From an uncultured virus (IMG/VR IMGVR_UViG_3300024507_000366) (Duplodnaviria; Heunggongvirae; Uroviricota; Caudoviricetes): DNA of 64,000 nucleotides. This document shows, piece after piece, positions 46,749 through 56,939 of the stretch (its first letter is position 1; every line of letters begins with the position of its first letter). Below the pieces are notes generated by a model. The model was not told the DNA's origin. It saw only the letters and a program-made list of their open reading frames with translations, and made no database searches. The position numbers and the translations under genes are program-made. Where the stretch lies: the IMG/VR virus record IMGVR_UViG_3300024507_000366. One strand, given 5' to 3'.

Positions 46749-47031
46749 AGATATCATTTCTGATGGATTCGGCAGTAGCTGGGTAAAGTGCAAGATGGGC
46801 GAGGCGTGTGGTTTGCACGTTGTTCGCCCCGGCAAGTCTCAGTGCTGGTGCGACTCTAAAACAGCTTTCCTGTACGAGGACAGCTTTGAGTCAAAAGATA
46901 AGGCTCGGCTTGCTGGTTGGGCTGGAGATGGCTGGTATTTTTGGGGGGAAGATGATGTGTCCTGCTACGGACCCTACAAAACTGAATTGGAAACTAAGCG
47001 GGACTTTCTAAGATACTTAAACTCAATTTAA
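46720..47031 (+). CDS. Hypothetical Cys/His-containing protein
   Basis: ORF bridging deaminase and GT; C...CGLH...QCWC, GWYFW...GPY. Confidence 0.55.
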   Translation: MNKDNSKKPEDIISDGFGSSWVKCKMGEACGLHVVRPGKSQCWCDSKTAFLYEDSFESKDKARLAGWAGDGWYFWGEDDVSCYGPYKTELETKRDFLRYLNSI

Positions 47032-48023
47032 TGAATATTTTAATTATTGAAGCTACCAGCAAGCGGAAGCCGCTGGCTGAAGATTACAGTGACACTTCCA
47101 TTGTTCATTGCCGTAATAGTCTTATTTTAAAGAAAGCTCTTGGCGCCGATCTTCTTGACGGCGAGTACTTCCTACCAGAAGTACTGAAGAAGCAGTACGA
47201 CATCATCATCTGCTGCTACGCTTCGCCGTATATGCCGCACGTACCTTACCGTCAGGTTCTTGAGAAGAACCCCAAGGCAAGGTATATCTGGCTTGTAAAC
47301 GATCACGATATCGAGGATAACCAGCTTCTCCGCTGGGGTATCATTAATATGGGGCTGACCTATGATATGATCTGCAACAATCCCAGAGAAGGCTATCGTC
47401 ACTGGATTTTGAATAAAAACATTGCAAATAAGAAACTTAATGATTTTATTAACAAGTGGCTCACAGTTAATTTAAACTCGCTGATTATGGACGAGAACAG
47501 AACTCCTGTTGACCACTCACAGAAGAATGGTGTCATTTATTACGGCACCTACCGCAAATGGCGCGCCGAGTCGTTCAAGAAGTTCCTAACTGAAGGAGTG
47601 TTTCTTTCTGCTTCAAATAAGAATTGGAAAAAATTCCAAGCTCTTGGCTGCAATTGCAACTATATGCCCAAGCTTGAATGGCAGAAGAACAATGAGGATC
47701 TTCGCAAGTTCAAGTACTCCATTTATATGGAGGACGAGCACACTCATAAGAACTATGCGTTTCTTGCCAATCGCTTCTACGAGGCTTTGATGGCAGATGT
47801 GGTTATGCTGTTTGATGCTGACTGCGCCAATACTATTCAAAAGTGCGGCTACACCATTCCCGAGCGCCTAATCATCGATAACGAAAAACTGAAGAGTGGC
47901 GTAGTTAAGTACGCAGAATCTCTTGCTTTTCAAGCAAACCTGATGTATCAACAGACATTCTTTGATCAAGCGATAGACGAAAAACGAACCGCAATTAAGC
48001 AAATAAAAGATTTTCTCGTATGA
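47031..48023 (+). CDS. GT-B glycosyltransferase resembling T4 DNA beta-glucosyltransferase
   Basis: VIYYGTYR and NRFYEALMADVVMLFD parallel T4 BGT VIYGGSFR and RVWETMASDAVMLID (BGT motifs recalled from memory). Confidence 0.55.
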   Translation: MNILIIEATSKRKPLAEDYSDTSIVHCRNSLILKKALGADLLDGEYFLPEVLKKQYDIIICCYASPYMPHVPYRQVLEKNPKARYIWLVNDHDIEDNQLLRWGIINMGLTYDMICNNPREGYRHWILNKNIANKKLNDFINKWLTVNLNSLIMDENRTPVDHSQKNGVIYYGTYRKWRAESFKKFLTEGVFLSASNKNWKKFQALGCNCNYMPKLEWQKNNEDLRKFKYSIYMEDEHTHKNYAFLANRFYEALMADVVMLFDADCANTIQKCGYTIPERLIIDNEKLKSGVVKYAESLAFQANLMYQQTFFDQAIDEKRTAIKQIKDFLV

Positions 48024-48289
48024 AATACAAAGGACGAATTGAACTGACGCCAAAGTCAGCAAAGCATCTCGGAGTCGATGTCAAAAGACAATATGAGATC
48101 GATCTCCTGTCAAAGGCGAAAGTCATCTCAAATAATAATTATATTTTAATTTCAGTACCGGAAATCGGTATTGAAGGCGAAATCCAAGTCAACGAAACTA
48201 ATTTCTTCACCCAAGAACTTGAAATTAAAGGATGGTTCTCTGTTAATCCAGAAGCCTACCTTTGCCAAGTCAGGTTGATTTTACAATGA
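48020..48289 (+). CDS. Hypothetical protein
   Basis: ATGA-coupled ORF. Confidence 0.6.
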   Translation: MKYKGRIELTPKSAKHLGVDVKRQYEIDLLSKAKVISNNNYILISVPEIGIEGEIQVNETNFFTQELEIKGWFSVNPEAYLCQVRLILQ

Positions 48290-48513
48290 GATATAAAATA
48301 AACACCACCGTCAACGTCTTTGGCGATCAATTAGTTTATGGCGCCTCTGGACAGCAAGTCACCCTTTACAAGGACGACTGCATTCGAATTGTTAGTCGTA
48401 TGAAAGATATGTGGAGCAATGATATCGAGCATTGGCAAACTTCCTGCGGATGGCTCTTAAAAATCACACAAGATATTTTACCATATTTTGACAAGGACGA
48501 AGATCAACAATGA
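48286..48513 (+). CDS. Hypothetical protein
   Basis: ATGA-coupled ORF. Confidence 0.6.
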   Translation: MRYKINTTVNVFGDQLVYGASGQQVTLYKDDCIRIVSRMKDMWSNDIEHWQTSCGWLLKITQDILPYFDKDEDQQ

Positions 48514-49154
48514 TGACACTAAAGGAGCAGGAAGACAAAGTTTACGAAGAGTTTTTGAAAGTCAAAGGTGACTTTGAGACACTTCTTGATCGCAAGATCA
48601 CGCGAAAGAACTTCAAGAAGGCGATAATCGACACGACAAGAATTGCCGCCAGCGAGATGTCAAAGCTTGAAGCGGATGATGGAGTCCGAGACAATATCGC
48701 GGAGTTCTTTAAGGTTTGCCACAGTTATCTTGGAGAAGTTGTCTGGGCCGAGATCAAGGAAAAGAATATTAAAATTTTCATCCACTACGAGGACACTCCA
48801 ATGCTAGCTTGGAACATTCCAATCGATATGTTCTTTTCTCAGCAGGAGCAGTACGAAGTTGGGGTGAAGATGATCACCAACAGTTTACAGGAGTGCTTTA
48901 TTTCGTTCTTCCTTTCTCCAGAACTTCGTCAGTCCGTGATCAAAGGGGACGAGTCAGCGATTAGAATTCTTTACAATTCGTTTAATCGCCCCTCAATGGA
49001 TTCCAGCGTAGTCAACCTCAAGATGCTGAAGGAATGCTTCCCAGACTTTTACAAGTACATCACAACAGAGCTTGACATTATGACCGTAGAGCAGATGGAA
49101 GCGTTTGTTAAAAATAAGAACGGTAAAAAGGTGCGTGGCTCAAAGAAGGCTTAA
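48510..49154 (+). CDS. Hypothetical helical protein
   Basis: ATGA-coupled 214-aa ORF. Confidence 0.65.
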   Translation: MMTLKEQEDKVYEEFLKVKGDFETLLDRKITRKNFKKAIIDTTRIAASEMSKLEADDGVRDNIAEFFKVCHSYLGEVVWAEIKEKNIKIFIHYEDTPMLAWNIPIDMFFSQQEQYEVGVKMITNSLQECFISFFLSPELRQSVIKGDESAIRILYNSFNRPSMDSSVVNLKMLKECFPDFYKYITTELDIMTVEQMEAFVKNKNGKKVRGSKKA

Positions 49155-49155
49155 C

Positions 49156-50052
49156 GTGTACGAAAGGCCGACAGTTTGCACTGAACCGTTATGGTTTGGT
49201 TTGGGCGATACAATGCATTTCTTACCAGTTGTAAAGAAATTAAGCAAGACGCTGAACTCTAAAATCGACATCATCACCCAGCATCCTCAAGTCTTCCGAA
49301 ATAATCCTTATGTTGCTGCTATCTTTAATCTGCAAGATTATAATTTCAAGATACAAGAAGGGAACCCCTACTTCTTCGCGCCGTTAAGAAACAAGAATCC
49401 GTTCTGGTTTAATATTGATATTAAACAGTATATTGCTCACTCGCTTGGATTTGAACTGCTTGATGACGAGAGGGTTCTGGAGTTTTATCCAGAACCATTT
49501 GTGAATGTCGATTTGCCAAATAAGTATGTATTAATCACTCCAGCAAAACGCGGCGTCGACAGAGACTTTGGCAAAGATGGCTGGCAGAAAATAGTGAATG
49601 AGTTAAACGCAAATAAGATTCCTGTTGTTCTTGAAGGGGCTGGCGAGTATCACGAACTGGACGTTGAGCTAGGATTAAACCTTTGCGGGCAAATAAATTC
49701 ATTGAGCCAGACTTGGCACTTGATGAACAAAGCCCACTCTTACGTCACCTTTGATACTGGGATGTACATCCTAGCAGGCTCAACAGGAACGCAAATATTC
49801 TTAATAGATTCTTACTTTGAGAATCGCTGGCACAAGCCATTCAGAAAAGGCAGTCTCGATTATAAATTAAAAGTAATTGAGGGAGATTGCGCCGAAAAAT
49901 GTTTGGGTAATTTGAAATACTATGTTCGCGAATCTGGCCTGCATCAGTTCAAGGTACAGCAGTGCCAGTTAAAGTACGATTCTTTCAAGTGTATCCCAAG
50001 CGTTGAAAAGGTCGCCAAAGAAGTTGTAAATCATTACAATGCCGTATCTTAA
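49156..50052 (+). CDS. GT9-like glycosyltransferase
   Basis: GLGDTM...VFRNNPYV; YVTFDTGMYILAG; GTG start directly after previous stop. Confidence 0.7.
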   Translation: MYERPTVCTEPLWFGLGDTMHFLPVVKKLSKTLNSKIDIITQHPQVFRNNPYVAAIFNLQDYNFKIQEGNPYFFAPLRNKNPFWFNIDIKQYIAHSLGFELLDDERVLEFYPEPFVNVDLPNKYVLITPAKRGVDRDFGKDGWQKIVNELNANKIPVVLEGAGEYHELDVELGLNLCGQINSLSQTWHLMNKAHSYVTFDTGMYILAGSTGTQIFLIDSYFENRWHKPFRKGSLDYKLKVIEGDCAEKCLGNLKYYVRESGLHQFKVQQCQLKYDSFKCIPSVEKVAKEVVNHYNAVS

Positions 50053-50695
50053 TTCTAATATCCCGACATTCTTCGCTTACCTCAAGAGCGACTTCCTGTA
50101 TAATAATACTAATAAAAATACGGAATATATCCCTTGCGAAGTGTTTGGCGTTACCTCTCTAACCAGACGGTGTTTATTGTTTCAGATTATGACCGAGTTT
50201 GGGTCAAGACACGATAGAGTGCCAATTCATTATCTGGTCAGAGACCCAAAGCATTCCAAGCTTGATCTCGATTGGTTGCAGCTTTGGGACTGCTACTCAA
50301 ATTCCCTTTCAGTTACCAGATACGAGTACCACAAGAACGCTTCTGTTGAAGTGCAGTTGAAGAATCGTGAATGGATTGAGGGCAAATATCTATTCACAAT
50401 AGACTGGCACGATAACCCCGACGCAGCTTACGGTTATTCTGAAATGGCTGGAGGCCACAAGTGCGGACATCTTATCTGGGGATTACAGAACAAGAAAGGC
50501 GATCCGGTTAATCAGTTATTCCTACAGCCAAATAACCGACTGATTTGGAAAGATGGCGGCGCTTTTATTTCCAAAAAGCTTGACAAGAAGCCCGATTGGA
50601 AGGTATTTGAAGGAGAGTTCACTTGCGAAGGCAAAGGCAAGTGGGTCGCTGAAGACAACTACGACTACTTTTATCAATTTAAAAATAACGAATGA
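50039..50695 (+). CDS. Conserved phage hypothetical protein
   Basis: MPYLNSNIP...LQLWDC...GKYLFTIDW...HKCGH...QPNNR. Confidence 0.65.
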   Translation: MPYLNSNIPTFFAYLKSDFLYNNTNKNTEYIPCEVFGVTSLTRRCLLFQIMTEFGSRHDRVPIHYLVRDPKHSKLDLDWLQLWDCYSNSLSVTRYEYHKNASVEVQLKNREWIEGKYLFTIDWHDNPDAAYGYSEMAGGHKCGHLIWGLQNKKGDPVNQLFLQPNNRLIWKDGGAFISKKLDKKPDWKVFEGEFTCEGKGKWVAEDNYDYFYQFKNNE

Positions 50696-51177
50696 TCGAA
50701 GTTCAAATAAGTAATGATATGATTAGCGAGGCTTTGGAAAGAGCCGCGCAAGTTCCAATTTTGAACAATTCGGACACAAATAATCACGGAACCAAGATAG
50801 CTGCTCTCTCTGATCTGATGGTTCAGAAGACTTGGGGCGGGCGAATCGTATCCGATATGAGCTTCGATTTCGATTGGATCTCACCCAAGCTATTTTTATT
50901 TGAAATTAAATCCAAGGAGCGCAATGTTGTACCACAGCCTTGGCACAACTGCACAGTAAAGGAGTACAATACCAAACAGAAATGCGACTACTACCTGTTC
51001 ACCAGCATCTTTGGGGACTACAGCAGAGGCTGGATTCTTGGCTACATCAAGAAAAGCGATTTCTTTGAGCAAGCTACATTCTTCAAGGGCGGCGACTTTG
51101 ATCCCGATCCAAGAGGAGACCGATACAAGTTCCCGTCTAATTGTTTTAATTTGAAAATCGAGCAGTTGCACTGTTGA
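50692..51177 (+). CDS. PD-(D/E)XK-like nuclease
   Basis: FDFD...EIKSK...QKCDYYLF...WILG. Confidence 0.5.
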   Translation: MIEVQISNDMISEALERAAQVPILNNSDTNNHGTKIAALSDLMVQKTWGGRIVSDMSFDFDWISPKLFLFEIKSKERNVVPQPWHNCTVKEYNTKQKCDYYLFTSIFGDYSRGWILGYIKKSDFFEQATFFKGGDFDPDPRGDRYKFPSNCFNLKIEQLHC

Positions 51178-51208
51178 CAAGCTGCCATTGATCTGACTCG
51201 CTCACCCT

Positions 51209-52111
51209 ATGCAACTCGCACTTTGCTGCATCTCCAACGTCCTTGCTGACCAAGGTCATAAGTTCCAGACTATGACCCTTACTCGCTTTCTCAAGCTTCC
51301 CCGCGCAGAAGCTATCAACACCGTAAGCGAGCGTATCCTCAACAACTTCCTTGTTACCAATCGCGTCATCCAGCACTGCGCTGACTCTGGCATCGCAGGC
51401 TATCGCCTCTCCTCTGCGCTCGTTCCCGTCATCTCTCACCCCATCGTCAACTTGCGCTTGCAGGACTTGCCCAACTGGTCCGACATTCGCGCTGCGCTCG
51501 ACCAGATTGCAGCCACTATCGTTCGTACCGGCGTTCGCGTTTCCGCTCACCCCTCCGAGTACATCACGCTCACCAGTCTCGATCCTACCGCCATCCGCAA
51601 CAGCGTTGACGATCTCACTCAGCACGCTGACATCTTCGACCTTATCGGCTTGCCACAAGACTACCGTTCACCTCTCAACATCCATTGCCGTCAAGACGGC
51701 GACCCTGTAGAGATTTCACAACGTTTCCTGTCCGTCTTCCGTACCCTGCCTGCCAACGTTCGCAATCGTCTTGTCATCGAGGTCAACGACAACGTTAGCG
51801 GCACTTGGTCTATCCGTAACCTTTTTCAGTACTTCTACTTGACAGCAGGCATTCCTGTCACCTACGATTCGCTCCATCGCCAGTTCTGCAATCACGGCAA
51901 CGATGACTCTGCTGATTTCCATCTCGCTCATTCTACTTGGCCTACTACCCCTCTGTTTCATTACTCCGAGGGTGTCGATGGCACGCGCAAACACGCCGAT
52001 ATGCCCACAGGCATTCCCAATTCCTACGGCAAACCCGTGTTCTTCGACGTAGAACTCAAGTCCAAAGATCACGCCATTTTTCACATCCTCCAACAATGCA
52101 AAGCAAAATAG
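51209..52111 (+). CDS. uvsE: UV damage endonuclease
   Basis: LALCC, YRLSS, RVSAHPSEY, NIH, RLVIEVND, YDSLH, HYSE, KHAD, DVELKSKD. Confidence 0.9.
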   Translation: MQLALCCISNVLADQGHKFQTMTLTRFLKLPRAEAINTVSERILNNFLVTNRVIQHCADSGIAGYRLSSALVPVISHPIVNLRLQDLPNWSDIRAALDQIAATIVRTGVRVSAHPSEYITLTSLDPTAIRNSVDDLTQHADIFDLIGLPQDYRSPLNIHCRQDGDPVEISQRFLSVFRTLPANVRNRLVIEVNDNVSGTWSIRNLFQYFYLTAGIPVTYDSLHRQFCNHGNDDSADFHLAHSTWPTTPLFHYSEGVDGTRKHADMPTGIPNSYGKPVFFDVELKSKDHAIFHILQQCKAK

Positions 52112-52437
52112 ACAGTACAAAAGATAAGGTCGCCGCCTTTTTAATTGATAAAAATATCCCATTTGAAATTGCGCCGATCAACCTAGAGCACGAAAGCGAG
52201 AAGAAGTCCGTCACCGGCTACAAGGTAGTGATCGCCGCGCTCTCCAGCGTAATCGCGTGGAACTTCAAGTCACGCAAGGTCGAGTTCCTTGCGCTGAACG
52301 AGAACCTCATCCAGCACCTTGTGTCGGAGGGAATGTCCGACGAGCAGATTATGGAGCAGGGTAAGGTGTGGATTCACATCAAGACCTTCGCCTCCTACAA
52401 GAAGTTTCTGACGCTGTGCGTCGAGCCAGCGAATTAA
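52096..52437 (+). CDS. Hypothetical protein
   Basis: Phage-like codon usage from ATG 52096. Confidence 0.6.
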   Translation: MQSKIDSTKDKVAAFLIDKNIPFEIAPINLEHESEKKSVTGYKVVIAALSSVIAWNFKSRKVEFLALNENLIQHLVSEGMSDEQIMEQGKVWIHIKTFASYKKFLTLCVEPAN

Positions 52438-52448
52438 AACTAATTAAA

Positions 52449-52685
52449 ATGAATCGCCCAATCATCTATTCTTCCAAGAACGTTAACGACGTATACTGGG
52501 TCTACCAGCAGGCAAATTCTGCTTTCCTCAAGCACTTCAAGCACCAAGGAGACTTCGCGATTTCGTTCACCAGCAAAGATCCGCTCTTCTCTTTGGCGGT
52601 TGAAGACCCTTCAGAAAACGAGTTTAAGTGGCTCACTGACAAAGTTTTAGAAATTCTCTCAGAAAAAGTTAAACAAACCGCTTGA
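52449..52685 (+). CDS. Hypothetical protein
   Basis: ATG after AT-rich spacer. Confidence 0.55.
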   Translation: MNRPIIYSSKNVNDVYWVYQQANSAFLKHFKHQGDFAISFTSKDPLFSLAVEDPSENEFKWLTDKVLEILSEKVKQTA

Positions 52686-52710
52686 CGGCAGGCAGGGAAT
52701 CAACGATACT
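52682..52710 (+). promoter_or_regulatory. Sigma70-type promoter for rIIA
   Basis: TTGACG-17-GATACT. Confidence 0.55.
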
Positions 52711-52730
52711 CTGCTCACCAAATTGCTCCA

Positions 52731-54896
52731 ATGATTGTTCAAACCATCCAGCGCAACGTTGTTGAATCCAGCGACTTCAAGTCTGAAATCGCTACTATCG
52801 ATCCGCAGGAGATGCGCTACATCTCCTCGCTCCTCCGCAACAATTACTCCGAGCCGATTTTGGCTACGGTTCGCGAGACCGTTGCCAACGCCCTTGACGC
52901 CAACTCTGGCGCGAATCGGCCCATCGAGATCACTTGCCCGAGCTTCCAAGACCCTGTTTTCAAGGTCCGCGATTTCGGCGCTGGCTTGTCTGAGGAAGAC
53001 CTCTTTGGTCTTTACACCAAGTACGGTCGCTCCACCAAGCGCGACGACAACACTTGCATTGGTGGATTCGGTATCGGTCGCTTTGCTCCTCTGTCCTACA
53101 CCGACACTTTCAACGTCGTTTCCCGTAACAACGGCAAGGAAGTGATCATCTCCGTCTACGTTGACGAGGAGGGTAACACTCGCTTCACCAAGCTTGGCGA
53201 GCAGGCTTGCACTGGCGAGAGCGGCTTGGAGATCATCGTTGCAGTGAAGATGGACAACCTGTCCGAATTCAAGGAGGCTATTGCTTACTGCACTTGTTTC
53301 CTCGACAAGGATTTCGTTCTGCACGGTATGCAGAAGATCGTCACGAACTGGACCGTTAAGACCGATTCTTGGGGGCACTTCAGTGAAGCAGAAAATGATG
53401 CAGATGGCAATCATCCTTGCCATCACGGCGCGAATGCCTTGCTTGTTATGGGCGGCGTTCCTTACCCTGTTGACCTTGGAACCTTGATCACTGTCGGGAC
53501 TCAGGGCAAGATTGCCGAGTTCATCTCCGTGATTAATAATCGCGGCTACTCTGCTCGCAATTTCGTTTTCTTCGTTCCCGTTGGCTCTGTGTCCCTGCAC
53601 CACTCTCGCGAGAGTCTGGAATACAACCCGCGCACCAAGTCCTTTTTAATTAATTTTTTTAACAAGGTTCAGTCCGAGATGCTGGAGGACTTCCAGAGCA
53701 ATCTCAGCAAGTTTAACGACTTCTCAGACTTCGTTGACGCGCAATCTAAAATCTGCGCCAACCCCATCTTTCGGACGATTGCTAATCGGGAGTTCGTTTT
53801 CACTTCAGCTTCCGGTCAGACCTTCAAGTCGAACTGCTTGCAGAAGGTCAATGACATTCTGATTGCAGCCTTCTCCCAAAACATCCGCAGGCGTCGTTCT
53901 AGCTCCTCTGCTTTCAAGCGGATCAACCTTACCAAGGAGAACATTTACATCGAGGACATTTTTGACTCCAAGGCAAACAACTATCTCTTGGTAGCCGACG
54001 AGCGCAGTTATATGAACTGCATCAATTGGATCTTTGCCGAAAAGCCTTTTGAGTTCAATAACATCTTCGTTGTCTCCAAGGAAAACGCTGAGAAGACCCT
54101 TCTCATCAACCACACCAAGAGCAAGAATATCCTGTTCGTTTCTAAGACCTCCAAGATCGTTCGTCCCAAGGCTGGAGCGACAGATGTCTTGAGGCTTTGG
54201 AAGACTGGCGATTCTCTCTACGGCAATCATTACGTTAAAACCACAGCGCCGAGCGAGGATTTCCATTATGTTCTGATTGACAGGAACAACAGCAAGCACC
54301 CTAGCAATCACGAAATTACTTTCGGTCGTTCCCGCCTTCATCTGAAGAGCAGCAGCCTCTATCACTTTATCATTGAAACCTCAAATAAGCTTGGCATCAA
54401 AATCGATGCTCTCTACGGGATTTATAACGAATTAAATCTCCCGCCTAACGCCAAGAACCTCTTCACTGAGTTTTCGGATAAGTTCAAGGCTCTGGCGAAG
54501 AAGAACGAGGATATTCTCGCCAAGAAAGCTGGGGCTCTGCACTACAGGTCGCTGCTTGAGCGTTCAATGTCGAACACTAGCAACACTGTGTTCCGGCTTG
54601 ACTTGTCCGCCTCGTTGGGCAAAGACCATCCCCTCTCCAAGATCGGGGCTAAGGCTTTCGACAGGGTTTCCTACAGCGATGACCTTCAAGAGAAGGAAAT
54701 CGATTTGATCTCCAGTATCACCAGCAAGGGCACTTTCGAGATGGAAGACCTTCCCGTCGATCAGAAGAAGATCGAGAATGAAGTTATGTTTGTGGTCAAC
54801 AAGTACCCGATGCTGAAGCATCTTGGCTGGAGTCACGGTGCAGAAGCCTCAACCGACATCATCAACTACATCAAGTTTATCGATCAGCACTCTTGA
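52731..54896 (+). CDS. rIIA: rIIA-like protein (GHKL ATPase N-domain)
   Basis: YSEPILATVRETVANALDA, VRDFGAGL, YG.STKR, IGGFGIG; followed by rIIB. Confidence 0.85.
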   Translation: MIVQTIQRNVVESSDFKSEIATIDPQEMRYISSLLRNNYSEPILATVRETVANALDANSGANRPIEITCPSFQDPVFKVRDFGAGLSEEDLFGLYTKYGRSTKRDDNTCIGGFGIGRFAPLSYTDTFNVVSRNNGKEVIISVYVDEEGNTRFTKLGEQACTGESGLEIIVAVKMDNLSEFKEAIAYCTCFLDKDFVLHGMQKIVTNWTVKTDSWGHFSEAENDADGNHPCHHGANALLVMGGVPYPVDLGTLITVGTQGKIAEFISVINNRGYSARNFVFFVPVGSVSLHHSRESLEYNPRTKSFLINFFNKVQSEMLEDFQSNLSKFNDFSDFVDAQSKICANPIFRTIANREFVFTSASGQTFKSNCLQKVNDILIAAFSQNIRRRRSSSSAFKRINLTKENIYIEDIFDSKANNYLLVADERSYMNCINWIFAEKPFEFNNIFVVSKENAEKTLLINHTKSKNILFVSKTSKIVRPKAGATDVLRLWKTGDSLYGNHYVKTTAPSEDFHYVLIDRNNSKHPSNHEITFGRSRLHLKSSSLYHFIIETSNKLGIKIDALYGIYNELNLPPNAKNLFTEFSDKFKALAKKNEDILAKKAGALHYRSLLERSMSNTSNTVFRLDLSASLGKDHPLSKIGAKAFDRVSYSDDLQEKEIDLISSITSKGTFEMEDLPVDQKKIENEVMFVVNKYPMLKHLGWSHGAEASTDIINYIKFIDQHS

Positions 54897-54935
54897 TATT
54901 TTCCCATCAACCCATAACATACAATACCTAGTATT

Positions 54936-56027
54936 ATGAATAAGCCCGCCTACATTATGCGCGACGAGTCTATCACGGTCATCGTGGAGAATCGTCCTTA
55001 CACGGTCGAGAAGACGCACCCGAACTTCCTTCCTCTCCGTAAGGCTTTGCTGAATGGAGACTACAGCGACATTCCGAACCTCGTTTCGGTGCCGCACGTT
55101 ATCAAGAATATGACTCGCGGCTCGATCCGTATCGAGAACGAGAAAGTGTTCTACAAGAACCATCAGCTTCACGGCGTCGTTGTGAACAAGCTGATCGAGA
55201 TGCTGAAGGCTGGCGCGACTGACGCTGACCCTCTCCTGCTCTTCATCGAGCGTCTGATGGCGAATCCTTCCGCCAACTCTGTCAACGAGCTTTACACGTT
55301 CCTGTCTTACAAGAACTTGCCGATCACTCCCGCTGGAACTTTCTTGGCCTACAAGGGGGTTAAAAATGATTTTTATTCCCGTCAGGCCAACAAGGACACT
55401 ATCGTTGTGCAGGGCAAGACGGACTCCACTGGCGCCATCTTCAATGGTGTCGGTGAGACCATCGAGGTTGCTCGCCGCTCGGTCGATGACGTTAAGGACA
55501 ATCACTGCTCCTTTGGCCTGCACGTAGGCAGCTACGATTACGCGAACAACTGGGCTGGCAATGACGGTCGTCTGTTGCTGGTGGAGGTCGATCCCGCTGA
55601 TGCTGTCAGCGTGCCGACTGACGCCAACTTCCAGAAGCTCCGCACCGCTCGCTACAAGGTCGTTGCCGACATCACTCCCGAGCGCAAGGAGATTCCCGAT
55701 GCGGTCTACAACTACAGCGATGACTGCGATGGCTGCGACGAGACTTGCGAAGGCTGCGAGTCTGAGACCAGCTACGACAAGATGTTCAATGAACTCAACG
55801 CCGAACACGACGAAGACTTCATCAACCTCAAGATTCGCAACTACATCGAGAACTCCATCGAGGCTGGCACTCACCCCAGCATCAAGCAGATCCAGAGCCG
55901 GATGAAGAATTACTCTCTGTCCTGCGAAGTGATCGAGGAGATCGTCACCGAGGAACTCGGCTACCGAGTCACCAGCGATGACGGTTCCGATAGCTACAGC
56001 AGCCTGCTCGTTTACCATAACTTCTGA
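54936..56027 (+). CDS. rIIB: rIIB-like protein
   Basis: NPS...ELY.FL, G.FLAYK.V, CSFGLHVG, V.VDPADAVSVP.D..K.R...Y.V. Confidence 0.88.
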   Translation: MNKPAYIMRDESITVIVENRPYTVEKTHPNFLPLRKALLNGDYSDIPNLVSVPHVIKNMTRGSIRIENEKVFYKNHQLHGVVVNKLIEMLKAGATDADPLLLFIERLMANPSANSVNELYTFLSYKNLPITPAGTFLAYKGVKNDFYSRQANKDTIVVQGKTDSTGAIFNGVGETIEVARRSVDDVKDNHCSFGLHVGSYDYANNWAGNDGRLLLVEVDPADAVSVPTDANFQKLRTARYKVVADITPERKEIPDAVYNYSDDCDGCDETCEGCESETSYDKMFNELNAEHDEDFINLKIRNYIENSIEAGTHPSIKQIQSRMKNYSLSCEVIEEIVTEELGYRVTSDDGSDSYSSLLVYHNF

Positions 56028-56032
56028 TAAAT

Positions 56033-56290
56033 ATGCTCAACAATCCACTCGTACAAAAGCTGTCTAACGCCAGCGAAACCGAACTTGATGTTGCCTTTGC
56101 GCTCCTCAAGTACAAGGAAATTGGTATCTACCGCAAAATCAAGGGGCTCTGCCTCGCATTCGGTCTGAATTTTGAGGAGGTTATCAAGATTCTTCCGCAG
56201 GAGAATGGCCGACTTCTCGACAGAGAAACACGCCATTACATCCACGACTTTATGCTGGCACGCGCAAAGGAGTTTCACACAAAGAACTAA
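56033..56290 (+). CDS. Hypothetical protein
   Basis: Tightly packed ORF. Confidence 0.6.
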   Translation: MLNNPLVQKLSNASETELDVAFALLKYKEIGIYRKIKGLCLAFGLNFEEVIKILPQENGRLLDRETRHYIHDFMLARAKEFHTKN

Positions 56291-56598
56291 TGGATACCGT
56301 AACTTATCTCACCAAGGATGTTGAGACCAACAAGAACTGGCTTGAGGTCTGGTCGATTGAAGCTGACGGCTCTCTGAAGACTTGCGTAAATTTTTACGAT
56401 ATGGCTTTCGAGAACGTCGCAGCTTGGGTCGCCAACTGCTTCCGCCTAGAGTCTGACCGGACTGACGAAGACCTTGTGGTTGTTCACGCCTACAAGGACG
56501 AAAAGAACGAGATGGTCAGGGAGATCATCCCGATCAACCCTGAGACTCCGGTCTTCCAGAGCGTCAAAAAGTTCCGCGCCACCCTCATTAAGAATTAA
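56290..56598 (+). CDS. Hypothetical protein
   Basis: TAATG-coupled ORF. Confidence 0.6.
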   Translation: MDTVTYLTKDVETNKNWLEVWSIEADGSLKTCVNFYDMAFENVAAWVANCFRLESDRTDEDLVVVHAYKDEKNEMVREIIPINPETPVFQSVKKFRATLIKN

Positions 56599-56603
56599 TT
56601 AAA

Positions 56604-56939
56604 ATGAACCGCACCGAGCTATTCGCCCATCACGCCGAGCTTTGCAAGAAAGCGTTCAGCATAATGCAAGCGAAGAACAATGATTATGCTGGCAGTAAGG
56701 GAGACAACCCATTCGCCAACTTCCAACGCTGCGAGTCTATGGGCGTCTGCTCGGTAGAGCAGGGCTTTCTGGTGCGAATTGTGGATAAGGTCTCGCGCCT
56801 GTCCACGTTCGCAGCAGATGGCAAGCTGATGGTTCCTAATGAGAGCTATGAGGACGCGATCCTCGACATTATGAACTACTGCGTTCTGATGTCAGCTTAC
56901 GTCAAGGACAAGAAGACCAAGCTATCAAACGATAGCTGA
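56604..56939 (+). CDS. Nucleotide-modification-associated (Nmad1/DUF1599-like) all-alpha protein
   Basis: KNNDYA...PFANF...RIVDKVSRL...ESYEDAILDIMNY. Confidence 0.7.
   Translation: MNRTELFAHHAELCKKAFSIMQAKNNDYAGSKGDNPFANFQRCESMGVCSVEQGFLVRIVDKVSRLSTFAADGKLMVPNESYEDAILDIMNYCVLMSAYVKDKKTKLSNDS

Noticed and set aside
51146..56018. Long antisense ORFs (51146-51658, 52659-53603, 53805-54365, 54849-56018)
   Set aside because: They are shadows of uvsE/rIIA/rIIB caused by C-ending codon bias, with no recognisable motifs or start signals.
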